DNA from: an uncultured Spirochaetota bacterium
GTDB taxonomy: Bacteria > Spirochaetota > Brevinematia > Brevinematales > JAOACQ01
Assembly (NCBI GenBank): GCA_963783575.1
Contig: CAWAOD010000016.1
Span: 128,001-192,000 of the forward strand
DNA: 64,000 nucleotides
Direction: 5' to 3'
Shown: positions 1 to 10,220 of the stretch, in pieces
How positions within the stretch are numbered: the first letter of the stretch is position 1
Layout of the letters: the number at the start of each line of letters is the position of its first letter
Translations under genes and position numbers: made by a program
Notes under the pieces: model-generated
Database searches by the model: none
What the model saw: only the letters and a program-made list of their open reading frames with translations
What the model was told of the DNA's origin: nothing

Positions 1-897
1 GGGTTCAACTCTTTTAAGAATCATATCCATTTCACTGAAGGTTGATTTAGATTCGTCATTGACGGTCTCAAAATGTTTTTCCCCATTAATAAAGCTGGAA
101 TCTATGAGGTTGATTTGCTGAAGCATCTTTTCCCTGAAAATACCGAAATTTATTTTTGTATCCGAAGGAATGAGAAACGCCATTGCCACTCCGGATATTG
201 TGGGATTTATGCCGGTTTTCATAAAAAGCAGCCATAATATTATACCGGCCGCGAAATATATGAAACCGGTTTGGATTTTTATTTTGTTAAGTATAATGAC
301 TGCGGCAATAATAAGTGTTATAATCAAAATATAGAAAAGAGAAAGTGTTGTTGAATAAAACATCGCTATTACAATCAGAGCGCCGATATCATCGATGATA
401 GCCAGGGCTGTTATCGAGACCTTCAGGGCTTTCGAGACTTTATTTCCCAGTAAAATCATTACCCCAAGCGTAAAAGCGATATCCGTTGACATGGGAATCC
501 CCCGGCCATGGATGGTTGCCCTGTTTTGATTAAACAAGATAAAAATAACAATCGGCAGGATCATCCCGCCAAGCGCGGCTATGGATGGAAATGCCGCCTT
601 CTTAATATTTGAAAGTTCTCCGGCTATTATTTCCCTTTTGATCTCGAATCCGATTACAAGGAAGAACAAAGTCATTATTCCTTCGTTCATCCATAACTGT
701 AGTGTTTTCGACAATGAAAATACGCCGATAGTTATTGTGAACTTAATATTTAATAAATCTTTATAAACTCCTGCCAGGCTTGAATTGGCAATAATAAATG
801 CCGTAATTATACCGGCCAGGATAAGTATTCCGCTTAAAAGCTGCTTTTCAAGAAAGCTTTCGATTGAAAAATATTTGCTAATGTTGATCGGTTTCAC
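1..897 (-). CDS. nhaA: Na+/H+ antiporter NhaA (3' end runs off the window)
   Basis: Not in the ORF track. Manual minus-strand translation from GTG at 897 (GGAGA RBS upstream) gives LWMNEGIMTLFFLVIGFEIKREIIAGELS, PSIAALGGMILP, GIPMSTDIAF and ALAIIDDIGALIVIAMFYS, which are hallmark NhaA motifs. Confidence 0.93.
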   Translation of the reverse strand, partial: MKPINISKYFSIESFLEKQLLSGILILAGIITAFIIANSSLAGVYKDLLNIKFTITIGVFSLSKTLQLWMNEGIMTLFFLVIGFEIKREIIAGELSNIKKAAFPSIAALGGMILPIVIFILFNQNRATIHGRGIPMSTDIAFTLGVMILLGNKVSKALKVSITALAIIDDIGALIVIAMFYSTTLSLFYILIITLIIAAVIILNKIKIQTGFIYFAAGIILWLLFMKTGINPTISGVAMAFLIPSDTKINFGIFREKMLQQINLIDSSFINGEKHFETVNDESKSTFSEMDMILKRVEP

Positions 898-1087
898 TTT
901 ATGTCTCCGGATTTCATAAAATCACAGTAAAAATATGGTTAATTTTAATAATTGCCTTAAATTAAGTCAAATCCACTAATTGGCTTGTACTTAAACTGAC
1001 TTCTTTATTCTATTTTTCCTGAAGATGCTATCCCTGAAGTACTGTAAAGAAATAAGCGGTGAACTTGATAACCTTCCCAAAATCATC

Positions 1088-1157
1088 GCACTGAGCCTGC
1101 CCTGAACCTGCAGACTGTGTGAAAAGTATATTATTTGTCATTTCGAGCGGAGACGAG
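1088..1157. repeat. Composite REP-like/MITE-end fragment
   Basis: CCCTGAACCTGCAGACTGTGTGAAAA (1100-1125) matches the reverse complement of 50225-50250 (CCCTGAGCTTGCAGGCTGTGTGAAAA) at 23/26 positions. It is followed by a REP-like GTCATTTCGAGCGGAG. Confidence 0.6.
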
Positions 1158-1189
1158 GCAAGACCTGAATAGATCAACAGTAATCATAT

Positions 1190-1218
1190 TTGACATTTAT
1201 TCAACCGTAAAATATTAT
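1190..1218 (+). promoter_or_regulatory. sigma70-type promoter
   Basis: TTGACA (1190-1195) -17 bp- TATTAT (1213-1218), just upstream of a GGGGGA RBS and ATG at 1243. Confidence 0.65.
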
Positions 1219-1242
1219 AGTATAAAAAGACAGGGGGACATT

Positions 1243-1461
1243 ATGATTGATAACGACTCCATACCAAATGCCCATTACAGGAGGAAAGAAATGAGAGACA
1301 ACGGTTTTTTAGGCGGTATTTACGGAATGGCTTTTATCGGGGCGGCGATCTATTACTTCCAGCATGCCGCTACATTCTGGATAGGTGTTCTGGGTTTTTT
1401 CAAAGCCCTTTTCTGGCCGGCCATAATAATCCATAAAGTCCTGCAAATGCTTAATATGTAA
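1243..1461 (+). CDS. Small hypothetical membrane protein
   Basis: Two hydrophobic segments (GIYGMAFIGAAIYYF; FWIGVLGFFKALFWPA). Start is ATG 1243 (RBS GGGGGA) or ATG 1291 (RBS AGGAGG). Confidence 0.7.
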   Translation: MIDNDSIPNAHYRRKEMRDNGFLGGIYGMAFIGAAIYYFQHAATFWIGVLGFFKALFWPAIIIHKVLQMLNM

Positions 1462-1523
1462 TTCTTGGTATTTCAATAACCTTCAGCCTGTATCAGTGAG
1501 GCGGCAGTCAAAGGAGCATTAAT

Positions 1524-1922
1524 ATGACTGTGAAATTTGCTAACACAATCGTATTTGTAAAAGATATTGAGAAGTCTAAAAATTTTTATACCGAGATCTT
1601 GGGTTTAAAAATTGTTAATGATTATGGTACTGTAATAATGTTTGAAGATCATTTTGTTATACATAATTCAAAAAGTATCATAAAAACTGTTTTTAAGACA
1701 TTTAATTTACGGTCCATATTCAAACAGGGTAAAAAAAATATCCTTATATATTTTGAGAGTATTCAATTAAATGAAATATTTGAAAAAGTAAAAAAATCAA
1801 AAGTAAAAATTATTCATAAAATAGAAAAACAGGCCTGGGGACAGCAAGTATTCCGTTTTTTCGATCCTGATAATCATTTGGTTGAAATCGGTGAACCGTT
1901 TAGATTAGATGGCTTATTATAA
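1524..1922 (+). CDS. VOC/glyoxalase family protein
   Basis: IVFVKDIEKSKNFYTEILGL and QAWGQQVFRFFDPDNHLVEIGE motifs; AAGGAG RBS. Confidence 0.9.
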   Translation: MTVKFANTIVFVKDIEKSKNFYTEILGLKIVNDYGTVIMFEDHFVIHNSKSIIKTVFKTFNLRSIFKQGKKNILIYFESIQLNEIFEKVKKSKVKIIHKIEKQAWGQQVFRFFDPDNHLVEIGEPFRLDGLL

Positions 1923-1926
1923 GGGT

Positions 1927-3042
1927 TTAATCCTTAACTATTCCTGCTATTATACCGGCAATTTGATCCGCACAATCCGGGTTCCTGAAATTAAGCTGGT
2001 TCTCCCTTATTTTATTAAGTGATTTATTTTTGTCGGCAAGCAGATTTTCGACAGCTTTTTTCATTTTCCCAATACTGGGGCAAAATATCCCAAGGCTTCT
2101 GCGCACCATAAAATCAGGGTTTTTTTCTTCCTGGCCGGGAAGAGCTCCTGTGATAATTACCGGTATGCCGGAGCTTACAGCTTCCATCAAAGTATTAGGG
2201 CCTCCGCGGGCTATCAGGATATCATGGCTTGAAAAATAAATTTCCATTTCTTTAATATAACCAAGAATAGTTAATTTATCTTCATTCCCGGGAAGAAGCC
2301 GAATATCCAGTCTATTTTTCATTTTCTCATTTCTTCCGGTTATGATTGTAAGGCGGCAATCAAAATTCTTTAAGAGCATCTGCGCCATCCTTATTACTTT
2401 TTCAATACGTTCGGAACCGTTAATGAATAGAATGGAAATAGTTTTACCGCTTCTGCCTTTTGAATCGACTTTTGATTGCAGATTATTGAAGAATCTTTTT
2501 CTGACAGGGAACCCGATTACACGGATTTTATCGGAAAGTACCCCGAATTTTTTCATCAGGTCAGAGGCTTCTTCGTTGGGGCATATGGTAAGTATAGAGC
2601 GGGGATCGGCCCATAAACGCGAAAAACTGACAAGATCGGCAAGAACGGTTATAAAAGGAATATTAATATTGTTTTTTTCAAGGATATCAAGGATTGATCC
2701 CACAAAGACAGGATGGATGGTTATTATCGCCGAAGGCTTGAATTTTTCAATTATTTTTAGAAAATTGTTCCCCATTTTTTTTATTGTAATTTTGTTAGCA
2801 TAATCTTTGAACCTGCTTGAAAATTCATAGATTATTTTATAGAGAAAGGGAATATAAGTGATCATAAAGTTATAGTTTCTTTCCAGGAATGTGCCGAAGG
2901 CTTCCCCTAATGAAAAACCGTTCACAACTTCAATATTAATTGATCCCTTGTATTTTTCAAAAGCTCCGCACAACGCCTCACAAATGCTTTTATGCCCATG
3001 GCCTGTGAATTCGGAAGATATGATCAGTATATTCTTTTCCAT
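1927..3042 (-). CDS. MGDG synthase/UgtP-like diacylglycerol glycosyltransferase (GT28)
   Basis: TGHGHKS, IITIHP, GFPVR, DILIARGGPNTLMEAV and PGQEEKN motifs. Confidence 0.88.
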   Translation of the reverse strand: MEKNILIISSEFTGHGHKSICEALCGAFEKYKGSINIEVVNGFSLGEAFGTFLERNYNFMITYIPFLYKIIYEFSSRFKDYANKITIKKMGNNFLKIIEKFKPSAIITIHPVFVGSILDILEKNNINIPFITVLADLVSFSRLWADPRSILTICPNEEASDLMKKFGVLSDKIRVIGFPVRKRFFNNLQSKVDSKGRSGKTISILFINGSERIEKVIRMAQMLLKNFDCRLTIITGRNEKMKNRLDIRLLPGNEDKLTILGYIKEMEIYFSSHDILIARGGPNTLMEAVSSGIPVIITGALPGQEEKNPDFMVRRSLGIFCPSIGKMKKAVENLLADKNKSLNKIRENQLNFRNPDCADQIAGIIAGIVKD

Positions 3043-3051
3043 TTTATCATC

Positions 3052-4038
3052 CTATAAAATCCGGGCTACAATTATCCCGGTATAATGTTTGTTTACGGAA
3101 ATAATATCAGTCAGTACCGCTTTACTGATTTCAACACGTCTGCCTATTGCGGGAGCATGCAGCAGATGAAGCCGGCCTTCCTGATCTCTAACCGCAATAC
3201 CGGTATGGCTTATATCCAGCCCTTCAATGTCTGTTGTAATTGCGATTATATCTCCGTCAAGAATTTTATTTTCGATCAGGTTAATTTTATCTTTTTTTAT
3301 ATATCCAGGGGGAGAAGTATCCTGCCTGCTTGCAATTGCCGATTCAACACCCCGAATTCCGGCGAGCCATTCCGGATTATCCCTTAACTGGCTGTAACTA
3401 TTTGAATTAGCCGACATATAAAAAATATTTTTATCGTATGTTTCACCGCCAAAATTAAATGACATATTTTTTAATATTTTTTTATTTTCACCGTCATAAA
3501 TCCAATCGGTGAAATAATGAAGCCGTGAAGGATAATCCTCTAAAATGCCGTTTCTGTACCGTATCAGCCTCAATTCTCCGATAAAATCTTCAAGCGCCGT
3601 CCTGTTCGATTTGATGCATCGCGTAAAAGCCAGGGAATATTCCACAAAAGTAACACAGTCCATTCCCGTCAAATGAAAGACAATCATCTCTCGTTTAGGC
3701 ATTTCGAGTGTGCCTGCCTCATATTTTGTGCCTATAAAGCCTTTACATATCTCGGTAAATATTTCGTTAACCGGCTTTGATATCAAGCTGTTCTTTAAAG
3801 CGTAATCCATGGTATTATAAAAAATCTCAATGTCTTCAGCCCCTGTTATGACAACTTCCTCGGATACAGGCTCTTTGATCCCAGCTTCATTAATTAAATT
3901 ACGAGCAAAGGCTTTTCCGGCACTTTCTCCTTTAATAATTCCTTTACCGGCGCAGGAAGCCAATAATAAACAACTTATTATCAATATAACTTTTGTAATT
4001 TTTTCCGGTAATAAATTAATTCTCATTAAATATATCAC
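3052..4038 (-). CDS. DUF1460 N-acetylmuramoyl-L-alanine amidase-like lipoprotein (NlpC/P60 superfamily)
   Basis: GMDCVTFVEY, RYRNG..YPSRLHYFTDW, GDIIAI..GLDISHTGI and LHLLHA motifs; lipobox LASC. Confidence 0.88.
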   Translation of the reverse strand: MIYLMRINLLPEKITKVILIISCLLLASCAGKGIIKGESAGKAFARNLINEAGIKEPVSEEVVITGAEDIEIFYNTMDYALKNSLISKPVNEIFTEICKGFIGTKYEAGTLEMPKREMIVFHLTGMDCVTFVEYSLAFTRCIKSNRTALEDFIGELRLIRYRNGILEDYPSRLHYFTDWIYDGENKKILKNMSFNFGGETYDKNIFYMSANSNSYSQLRDNPEWLAGIRGVESAIASRQDTSPPGYIKKDKINLIENKILDGDIIAITTDIEGLDISHTGIAVRDQEGRLHLLHAPAIGRRVEISKAVLTDIISVNKHYTGIIVARIL

Positions 4039-4748
4039 AAACCAATTTTTCTCACTATATAATCGATATTTGTTTTATTGCTGATTTTTTTATTCAAAAT
4101 TTCAAATTTACTCCTTTTCAGCATTTCATCCAATATCCAGTCAAAAGTTGAAAATTCCTCTTTTATATGGAGAACGGCATCCTTTGCGAATTCTTTGTCA
4201 GTTTTCATTTCCAGGTCTCTGATCATATAATCCAATTCCGATTCATAATCATCGATATTAAAGGAAAATACAACATCGGATAAAAATAAAATACCGCCTT
4301 CTTTCAGGATTGAATTCATGTTTCTGAATGCCGCCATTTTCCAAAAATCAGGAAGATGATGTAACGCTGCAATAGAGATAATAAAATCAGCCGGGTCTCC
4401 TTTATGCCGGTAAGTCAAATAACCCGCATTTATAAACTCAATATTGTCAAGTCGGCTTAATAGCGCTTTTTGTTCTGCTATTTTAAGCATTTCTTTAGAA
4501 ACATCCACAGCATATAGTTTTTTACAAATCCCGGCGATCGTAATTGCCTGAGCTCCTGTGCCTGTACCTATATCGACAACAGTATGATCACCATTAATAC
4601 CCAGCAATTGTATGATTTCCTGCGCTTCTTTTTCATAATTTCTGAAAAACCTCATCTTTTCATCGTAAGCTTTTGCCCGAACAGGATCTGCATGATCGGC
4701 GCCGGCCTGGTACATTTCATCGTACTGCCAGATTGGATTTTTTTTCAA
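4035..4748 (-). CDS. Class I SAM-dependent methyltransferase
   Basis: VVDIGTGTG motif I, AVDVSKEML, ALHHLPD. Confidence 0.9.
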   Translation of the reverse strand: MKKNPIWQYDEMYQAGADHADPVRAKAYDEKMRFFRNYEKEAQEIIQLLGINGDHTVVDIGTGTGAQAITIAGICKKLYAVDVSKEMLKIAEQKALLSRLDNIEFINAGYLTYRHKGDPADFIISIAALHHLPDFWKMAAFRNMNSILKEGGILFLSDVVFSFNIDDYESELDYMIRDLEMKTDKEFAKDAVLHIKEEFSTFDWILDEMLKRSKFEILNKKISNKTNIDYIVRKIGL

Positions 4749-4789
4749 GAATACCTCCGAAAAAACCGCAATTTGGTTAAGCGAAAAGA

Positions 4790-5926
4790 TTATTCTATCA
4801 TATCGAAGCCGTCCAACTCCTCCTTTTCCTTGTTAAAAACCTTAACGCTTACCTTTTTCCCCGTTACTTCTATAATTAAAAAGTTCAGCTGATTTGTGAT
4901 TATCTTTATCCTGCCCTCGTTTTCACCGGTAATTGGGTAGAACGGAGCCCCGCCGCCCCCGGTTGTAATATACATCACATTATTTTTTTCGTACCTTTCA
5001 TAAAGATGGTCATGACCGTTCAGCACAAGGTTTACATGATATTTCTGCATTGCCGGAGCTATGGTATTCCTCAGCTTATCCGCATCGTTATCGGATTGGT
5101 GCACAGAAGAAGAAAACGGCGGACGGTGAAATGCAACGAATTTCCATTTATCCTGTACACCAGCAAGTTCGTTTGTCAGCCATAAATATTGTTCGGAATT
5201 ATTGTCAAAATCAGATTCCGTATCAAGAACTATCAGCTTTGCTTCCGGAAAATCAATGGAATAATATGATTTATTTCCCGGGTTCCTGAAGATATTGGTA
5301 AATACTTCCAGCCCTCCGTCATGATTTCCGCGTACTGGAACTATAACAGCATTTGTGATAATTGACTCTGCACTTTTAAAAAAAAGCGGCCATTGTTCCA
5401 GTTTGTTCCCGTCGTCAACCATATCGCCTGTATGAATAACAAATAATGGCCGGAATCCGGCTATAGAGTTACAGACTTCCTCATGCAGGCCATAATTGCT
5501 TCTTGAATCGCCATAGACAGCAAAAAGAAAAGGAGTATTTTCAGGGATTAAAATTCCTCCGTATTTTCCATTAAAGTGAGGATCTTCAGATTCAATACGG
5601 TAATCAGACCTGCCGCCTCGCGGATTATAAATAAAACGATGGCAATTCACCGGCTCGCTGTCTGAGATTATGAGATTTGTCTTTTCAAGGTAAATACCGG
5701 CCCTGTCCGATTGTTTATTACTTGAGAAATATGTAAGCGTTATTTGCTTTAAACCGCTGTCGGAATAACAGAGATAAGGTCCGAATGACGGATATATAAT
5801 CTTTTTTTCACTATTATCTGTCTTTAGTATGGAAATTTCAGGTTTAATTGAAGACTGTTTTTGGCTATTGCAGGAAAATAATGACAATGATAAAATTAAT
5901 ATAATGGATATGCTTAATTTTTCCAC
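4790..5926 (-). CDS. Metallophosphoesterase (purple acid phosphatase-like) lipoprotein
   Basis: YGDSR, HTGDMV, RGNHD, FHRPPF and NGHDHLYER motifs; lipobox LFSC. Confidence 0.9.
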   Translation of the reverse strand: MEKLSISIILILSLSLFSCNSQKQSSIKPEISILKTDNSEKKIIYPSFGPYLCYSDSGLKQITLTYFSSNKQSDRAGIYLEKTNLIISDSEPVNCHRFIYNPRGGRSDYRIESEDPHFNGKYGGILIPENTPFLFAVYGDSRSNYGLHEEVCNSIAGFRPLFVIHTGDMVDDGNKLEQWPLFFKSAESIITNAVIVPVRGNHDGGLEVFTNIFRNPGNKSYYSIDFPEAKLIVLDTESDFDNNSEQYLWLTNELAGVQDKWKFVAFHRPPFSSSVHQSDNDADKLRNTIAPAMQKYHVNLVLNGHDHLYERYEKNNVMYITTGGGGAPFYPITGENEGRIKIITNQLNFLIIEVTGKKVSVKVFNKEKEELDGFDMIE

Positions 5927-5935
5927 TTCGTACTA

Positions 5936-7216
5936 TCACTCCCCAATAAATTTCAGGCCTTTCTTACCGATATCCTTCCGGAAATGCGCGCCTTCAAATT
6001 TAATTTCCCTTACTTTCAGATAAGCACTATCGATGGATTCTCTTAATGTTTTACCGATAGCAGAAACACAGAGAATCCTGCCGCCGTCAGTAACAAGCAA
6101 ACCGTCTTTCGAAAGCCTTGTGCCGGCATGAAACACATATAAACCATTCTCATCAGATAATTTTCCCGTCACTTCAAAGCCTTTTTTATACCGGTCCGGA
6201 TATCCGTTTGACGCCATCACAACTCCGGTGCAGCAGCCGTTATAGTATTTTATATTCAATTGATCTATTTTTTTATTTATAACTGCCTTTACGATATCCA
6301 TAAAATCGGTTTTCAGGAGCGGGAGTATTACCTGGGCTTCCGGGTCGCCAAGCCTTATATTGTATTCTATTACGGACGGGCCTTTTGTTGTAAGCATTAA
6401 TCCCAGGTAAAGAATTCCCGAATAAGGACATCCTTCATTCCGCATTCCATTAAGCGTCGGTTTTATTATTCTCTCAATAATTTCATTTTTTATCTTTTTA
6501 TCAATAAAAGGAGCCGGAGAATATGCCCCCATGCCTCCTGTATTCGGCCCTTCATCATTGTTAAATACTCTTTTATGATCCTGGGCGCTGGCCAGCCACT
6601 GAAAATTATCGCCATCGGAAGCTATGAAAACGCTAACTTCTGTGCCTTTTAGTATTTCTTCCAGTATAACGGTTTCACCGGCATTTCCGAATTCTTTATC
6701 GACCATTAACCGGTGAATTGAATTTATTGTACTTTCAACGTCCTTATTTACAATAGCGCCCTTTCCTGCCGCAAGACCGTCAGTTTTGACTACAAACGGC
6801 TTATTTTCATTCATTACATAATTAACTGCCTCAACAGCATTTTTAAATATCTTAAAATCTGCAGTGGGAATTTTGTATTTTGCCAGAAATTTTTTCAGGA
6901 ACGCTTTGCTTCCTTCAAGCCGGGCTGCTTTTTGAGATGGACCGAAAACCGTAATACCTTTTGCGCTCAATGTATCTGTTACACCATCGACAAGCGGTGA
7001 CTCCGGACCCGCTATCACAAGATTGATCCCGGATGTTAAGCAGAATTCGGTAAGCTCCGAAAATGGCTTACTAATGTTTATCTCTGAATTTATGCCATAT
7101 TTGCCTGTACCGCCGTTCCCCGGTAAGATATAGAGTTTTTTGATTAACGGGCTTTTTGAAACGGCCCATGCAATCGCGCTTTCTCTTCCCCCGTTTCCTA
7201 GAATAGCCACATTCAT
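5936..7216 (-). CDS. purD: Phosphoribosylamine--glycine ligase
   Basis: GNGGRESA, GPE.PL..G, RLEGSKAF, KTDGLAAGKG, QDHKR..GPNTGGMGAYSP, EYNIRLGDPE, FHAGT. Confidence 0.98.
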   Translation of the reverse strand: MNVAILGNGGRESAIAWAVSKSPLIKKLYILPGNGGTGKYGINSEINISKPFSELTEFCLTSGINLVIAGPESPLVDGVTDTLSAKGITVFGPSQKAARLEGSKAFLKKFLAKYKIPTADFKIFKNAVEAVNYVMNENKPFVVKTDGLAAGKGAIVNKDVESTINSIHRLMVDKEFGNAGETVILEEILKGTEVSVFIASDGDNFQWLASAQDHKRVFNNDEGPNTGGMGAYSPAPFIDKKIKNEIIERIIKPTLNGMRNEGCPYSGILYLGLMLTTKGPSVIEYNIRLGDPEAQVILPLLKTDFMDIVKAVINKKIDQLNIKYYNGCCTGVVMASNGYPDRYKKGFEVTGKLSDENGLYVFHAGTRLSKDGLLVTDGGRILCVSAIGKTLRESIDSAYLKVREIKFEGAHFRKDIGKKGLKFIGE

Positions 7217-7374
7217 ATTCCGGCTCCTAATCCATTATAATTTACTTGCATTAATGATTATTATAAGCTTATTGAATAAAACTTTCAATATAATATTATT
7301 CTAATTTGGCTTCCGGGAATAGGAGACTTGGCCTCATTATCACACACCCGAGGGAATTCGCCTTGCGAACCAAT

Positions 7375-7408
7375 AAAAAACCCGATAGATTATTTTCTAT
7401 CAGGTTTT
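7375..7408 (-). terminator. Intrinsic terminator of the 7430-8491 lipoprotein gene
   Basis: On the minus strand, AAAACCTGATAGA...TCTATCGGGTTTT stem-loop ending in a T-run. Confidence 0.7.
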
Positions 7409-7429
7409 ATTTTTCACAAACAATTATTA

Positions 7430-8491
7430 TTATCTGGTTGTATCTTTTTTTATCCAAATTCCTCTTACCATTAAAGTACCGGAATCTTGATAACCGCATT
7501 CACTATCATTTGCTTCTGCAATATAATAAGACGGTATGGTTCCATTTGCAGTTATCCAATCGCCTGGAAATAAATATAATTTTGTAAGAAGACGGCCATT
7601 TCCATAATATCTGGTATATCCGCCGACTCCCGCTAAACAATAACCGCTTTGTACTGATTTAGAAGTATCTACTGAACATTTGTAACCGGCAACCGTAGAT
7701 GTTGTTGTTTCAGGCTGAATATTTATTTTTAAATATCCAAAGTTGGGTATTGAACTGGTATTATCAATACATATCGCATAAGCAGTAATCATTGCATAAC
7801 TAGGCAGCATATGATCTTTGGATACGGCATACCACCCATTTAAACTGTCATTTGGCCGGCTTTCAATCAATAGATTACCATAAATATTTATACCGTCTTC
7901 TCCAAACGGATACATAACCTTAGCTCCTCCGCCTATCAATTGATAATTGGGTAAAATATATGCAGTTGCGGATGGATGCTCCGAATAAAGACTTGTACTG
8001 GAAATGTATAATATTTTATTCTCAATAACACTTTTAGCTATAAAATTTCCCGAAGAATCTTTTAACTTCATACCTACGGCATAAGCATAGGTATAATGAA
8101 TATGTGGATACATATGATCCTTTGATTGAACCTCCCATCCGCGGCCATTGGCATCCTGTATCGGAAAACTTCCTGTTAAATACCCCGAATAATTAAAATT
8201 ATCAATATCGGCTGTTTCAGCTCCACCTCCGACAAGGACTTCATCATTAGCAATATAAGCAATAGCTGTATTATGCTGACCTTTTATACCTGCTGATGTA
8301 TAATAATTCAATATAACCTTTCCTGATTCATCAGTTCGAGTAGCCCTAAGAATAAGAGACTTATTAATCTCCATAATATTTGTTTGATTTTTTTGCTCAT
8401 TGCTTATTGTTGCTTGTGGTTCAGTAATTGAACAACTGATAAGAAATACCAGTAATATCATCGGTAAAATAACAGTAAATGTTTTTTTCAT
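7430..8491 (-). CDS. Lipoprotein with three internal repeats, function unknown
   Basis: Lipobox LISC; repeats VLVGGGA..LTGSFP..GWEVQSKDH..AYAVG / LIGGGA..LLIESRP..GWYAVSKDH..AYAIC / CLAGVGG..LLTKLY; AAGGAG RBS. Confidence 0.8.
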   Translation of the reverse strand: MKKTFTVILPMILLVFLISCSITEPQATISNEQKNQTNIMEINKSLILRATRTDESGKVILNYYTSAGIKGQHNTAIAYIANDEVLVGGGAETADIDNFNYSGYLTGSFPIQDANGRGWEVQSKDHMYPHIHYTYAYAVGMKLKDSSGNFIAKSVIENKILYISSTSLYSEHPSATAYILPNYQLIGGGAKVMYPFGEDGINIYGNLLIESRPNDSLNGWYAVSKDHMLPSYAMITAYAICIDNTSSIPNFGYLKINIQPETTTSTVAGYKCSVDTSKSVQSGYCLAGVGGYTRYYGNGRLLTKLYLFPGDWITANGTIPSYYIAEANDSECGYQDSGTLMVRGIWIKKDTTR

Positions 8492-8740
8492 AAAATAACT
8501 CCTTATTAAATATATTTAACTGATAAAGAATTATAATCCTCTTACACAAGAAACACAAATAATTTAAAGCTTAGGATTTAATCATAATTTGTTTCATCTC
8601 CTTATCCGCCGATGATTTCCCATTTCCTTCTGACTGACTTCAAGGGGATCCATCTCATCACCTTTTCGATGACTATAACCAATATTTTTAAACTTATACC
8701 TGAGGCATTCCAAGAAGGTGCGCCCTGCCGGGCCCACAAC

Positions 8741-8776
8741 AACAAAACCGGCATCCTAATATAAGAATGCCGGTTT
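8741..8776 (-). terminator. Intrinsic terminator downstream of the flippase gene
   Basis: AAACCGGCAT/ATGCCGGTTT inverted repeat with a T-rich tail on the minus strand. Confidence 0.6.
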
Positions 8777-8912
8777 GCTTCAAGCCCATAATTCCCGCTA
8801 TTTATCATTAAGGAAGATTAAAACAGTTTGATTAAACTGTGATATTTATTCGACAAATTATAGCTTACAATAATACCTTATTATAAGGTAAATAGTGAAA
8901 TTTTTCCAGAAT

Positions 8913-10220
8913 TTATTTTTTATCCTTCTTTTTAATTCTTTCCATAATCTGCGAATCGATTAACAATGCGGTTAAAATTATATATCCACATACACCCACA
9001 ACAATAGTGACCTGGATAAGGCTTTGATGAAAGAGATATATGCCGATAACCTGAAGTACTGCACCTGCCAATATTGTGAAGGAATAAAAAAGGTTTTCTG
9101 AAATCACATAATAATTTACCAAAAAACTGATCATAGCGTAAGGCAGAAACATAAAACCATAGAGTGGCAATATTTTCTCCATTCCTGCATAATTGTTTGA
9201 ATAAATATATTTTGAAATAAATGAACTGGTAAAACATAGAAACAGAGCATATAAAAATAGGATGCTGAATAATAAGAATAATGCCCTTTGGTTCGATTTA
9301 TTCATATTCTCCCTATCTTTTGCCATTAAAGGCAGTAAAACATAGGAAAAAGCAGTAGCTAAAAAAAACGATGCTTTTCCTATCAAATTAACAGTCCCAT
9401 AAATCCCGGCTTCAGCCGCGCTGAAGAAATGCTTAACCTGAACCATATCCAGATAAGTTAATAACTGAAATGCGCCAACTGAAAGAAGGGCATAAAAAAA
9501 AGACCTTATAAATCTTTTAAATTCAAAAAAATTACTTTTATCCGTTTTGACATCAGTCTTAAATCTAATTTCCTTAAACCTGAAATAATCAATGCTGAGG
9601 AAAGAGATACTTATAATCTGGGATACCAGTAATCCCCATAATATTCCGTAATAGCTAACCATTAGGTATACTAATCCGATGCCGAAAACAAACTTTGTCA
9701 ATGTACCAAATATGGAATAATAGATATAAATATGAAATCTCTCACGGGATTGGAGTAAACTATAGAACGGTATAATCAGAATAGTTAATGGAATCTGTGC
9801 AAAAACAAGAATAAATGCCATATTATTTTGTATATGAAAATAATTTTTAAGAAACGGAAGTGATAAAAATAATAAAAGTAGGATTATAACCAGGAAGAAA
9901 AGAAGTATTTTCATCATTCGGGCAATATATGCCTTAAGAATTCCCCATTTATTTTCATGAACCAATATTGATACTTCTTTGCTCATCACAAATTGAAGTG
10001 CGCTGGATGGAAGAACAATAATCATCAGAAGCGCATAAAGTGAGGTATATTCTCCATACATTTCTTTTGATAATATATTTGCTGCAATAATATTAAAAAG
10101 GAAGTTAATCATTCCTACGGCAATAGAAACAACCGATATCATCATTGAATTGATAAAAATCTTATTATCAAACAATTTTTTTGATAAAACAACAGCCAGT
10201 TTTCCGATTTGATTCAACAT
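8913..10220 (-). CDS. Wzx-like polysaccharide/oligosaccharide flippase (MOP superfamily)
   Basis: About 12 hydrophobic segments; LSKEMYGEY and LDMVQVKHFFSAAEAGIYG..LIGKA motifs typical of Wzx. Confidence 0.85.
   Translation of the reverse strand: MLNQIGKLAVVLSKKLFDNKIFINSMMISVVSIAVGMINFLFNIIAANILSKEMYGEYTSLYALLMIIVLPSSALQFVMSKEVSILVHENKWGILKAYIARMMKILLFFLVIILLLLFLSLPFLKNYFHIQNNMAFILVFAQIPLTILIIPFYSLLQSRERFHIYIYYSIFGTLTKFVFGIGLVYLMVSYYGILWGLLVSQIISISFLSIDYFRFKEIRFKTDVKTDKSNFFEFKRFIRSFFYALLSVGAFQLLTYLDMVQVKHFFSAAEAGIYGTVNLIGKASFFLATAFSYVLLPLMAKDRENMNKSNQRALFLLFSILFLYALFLCFTSSFISKYIYSNNYAGMEKILPLYGFMFLPYAMISFLVNYYVISENLFYSFTILAGAVLQVIGIYLFHQSLIQVTIVVGVCGYIILTALLIDSQIMERIKKKDKK

Noticed and set aside
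495..512. NhaA HGRGIP instead of the usual GW(A/G)IP
   Set aside because: A single-base difference in an error-prone assembly; cannot be interpreted.
8723..8737. CCCTGCCGGGCCCAC resembling a tRNA 3' end (att-site remnant)
   Set aside because: Only ~15 nt, with no T-loop or cloverleaf, no partner repeat and no integrase.
8602..8808. 68-aa minus-strand ORF
   Set aside because: Runs through a terminator hairpin and has no recognisable motifs.
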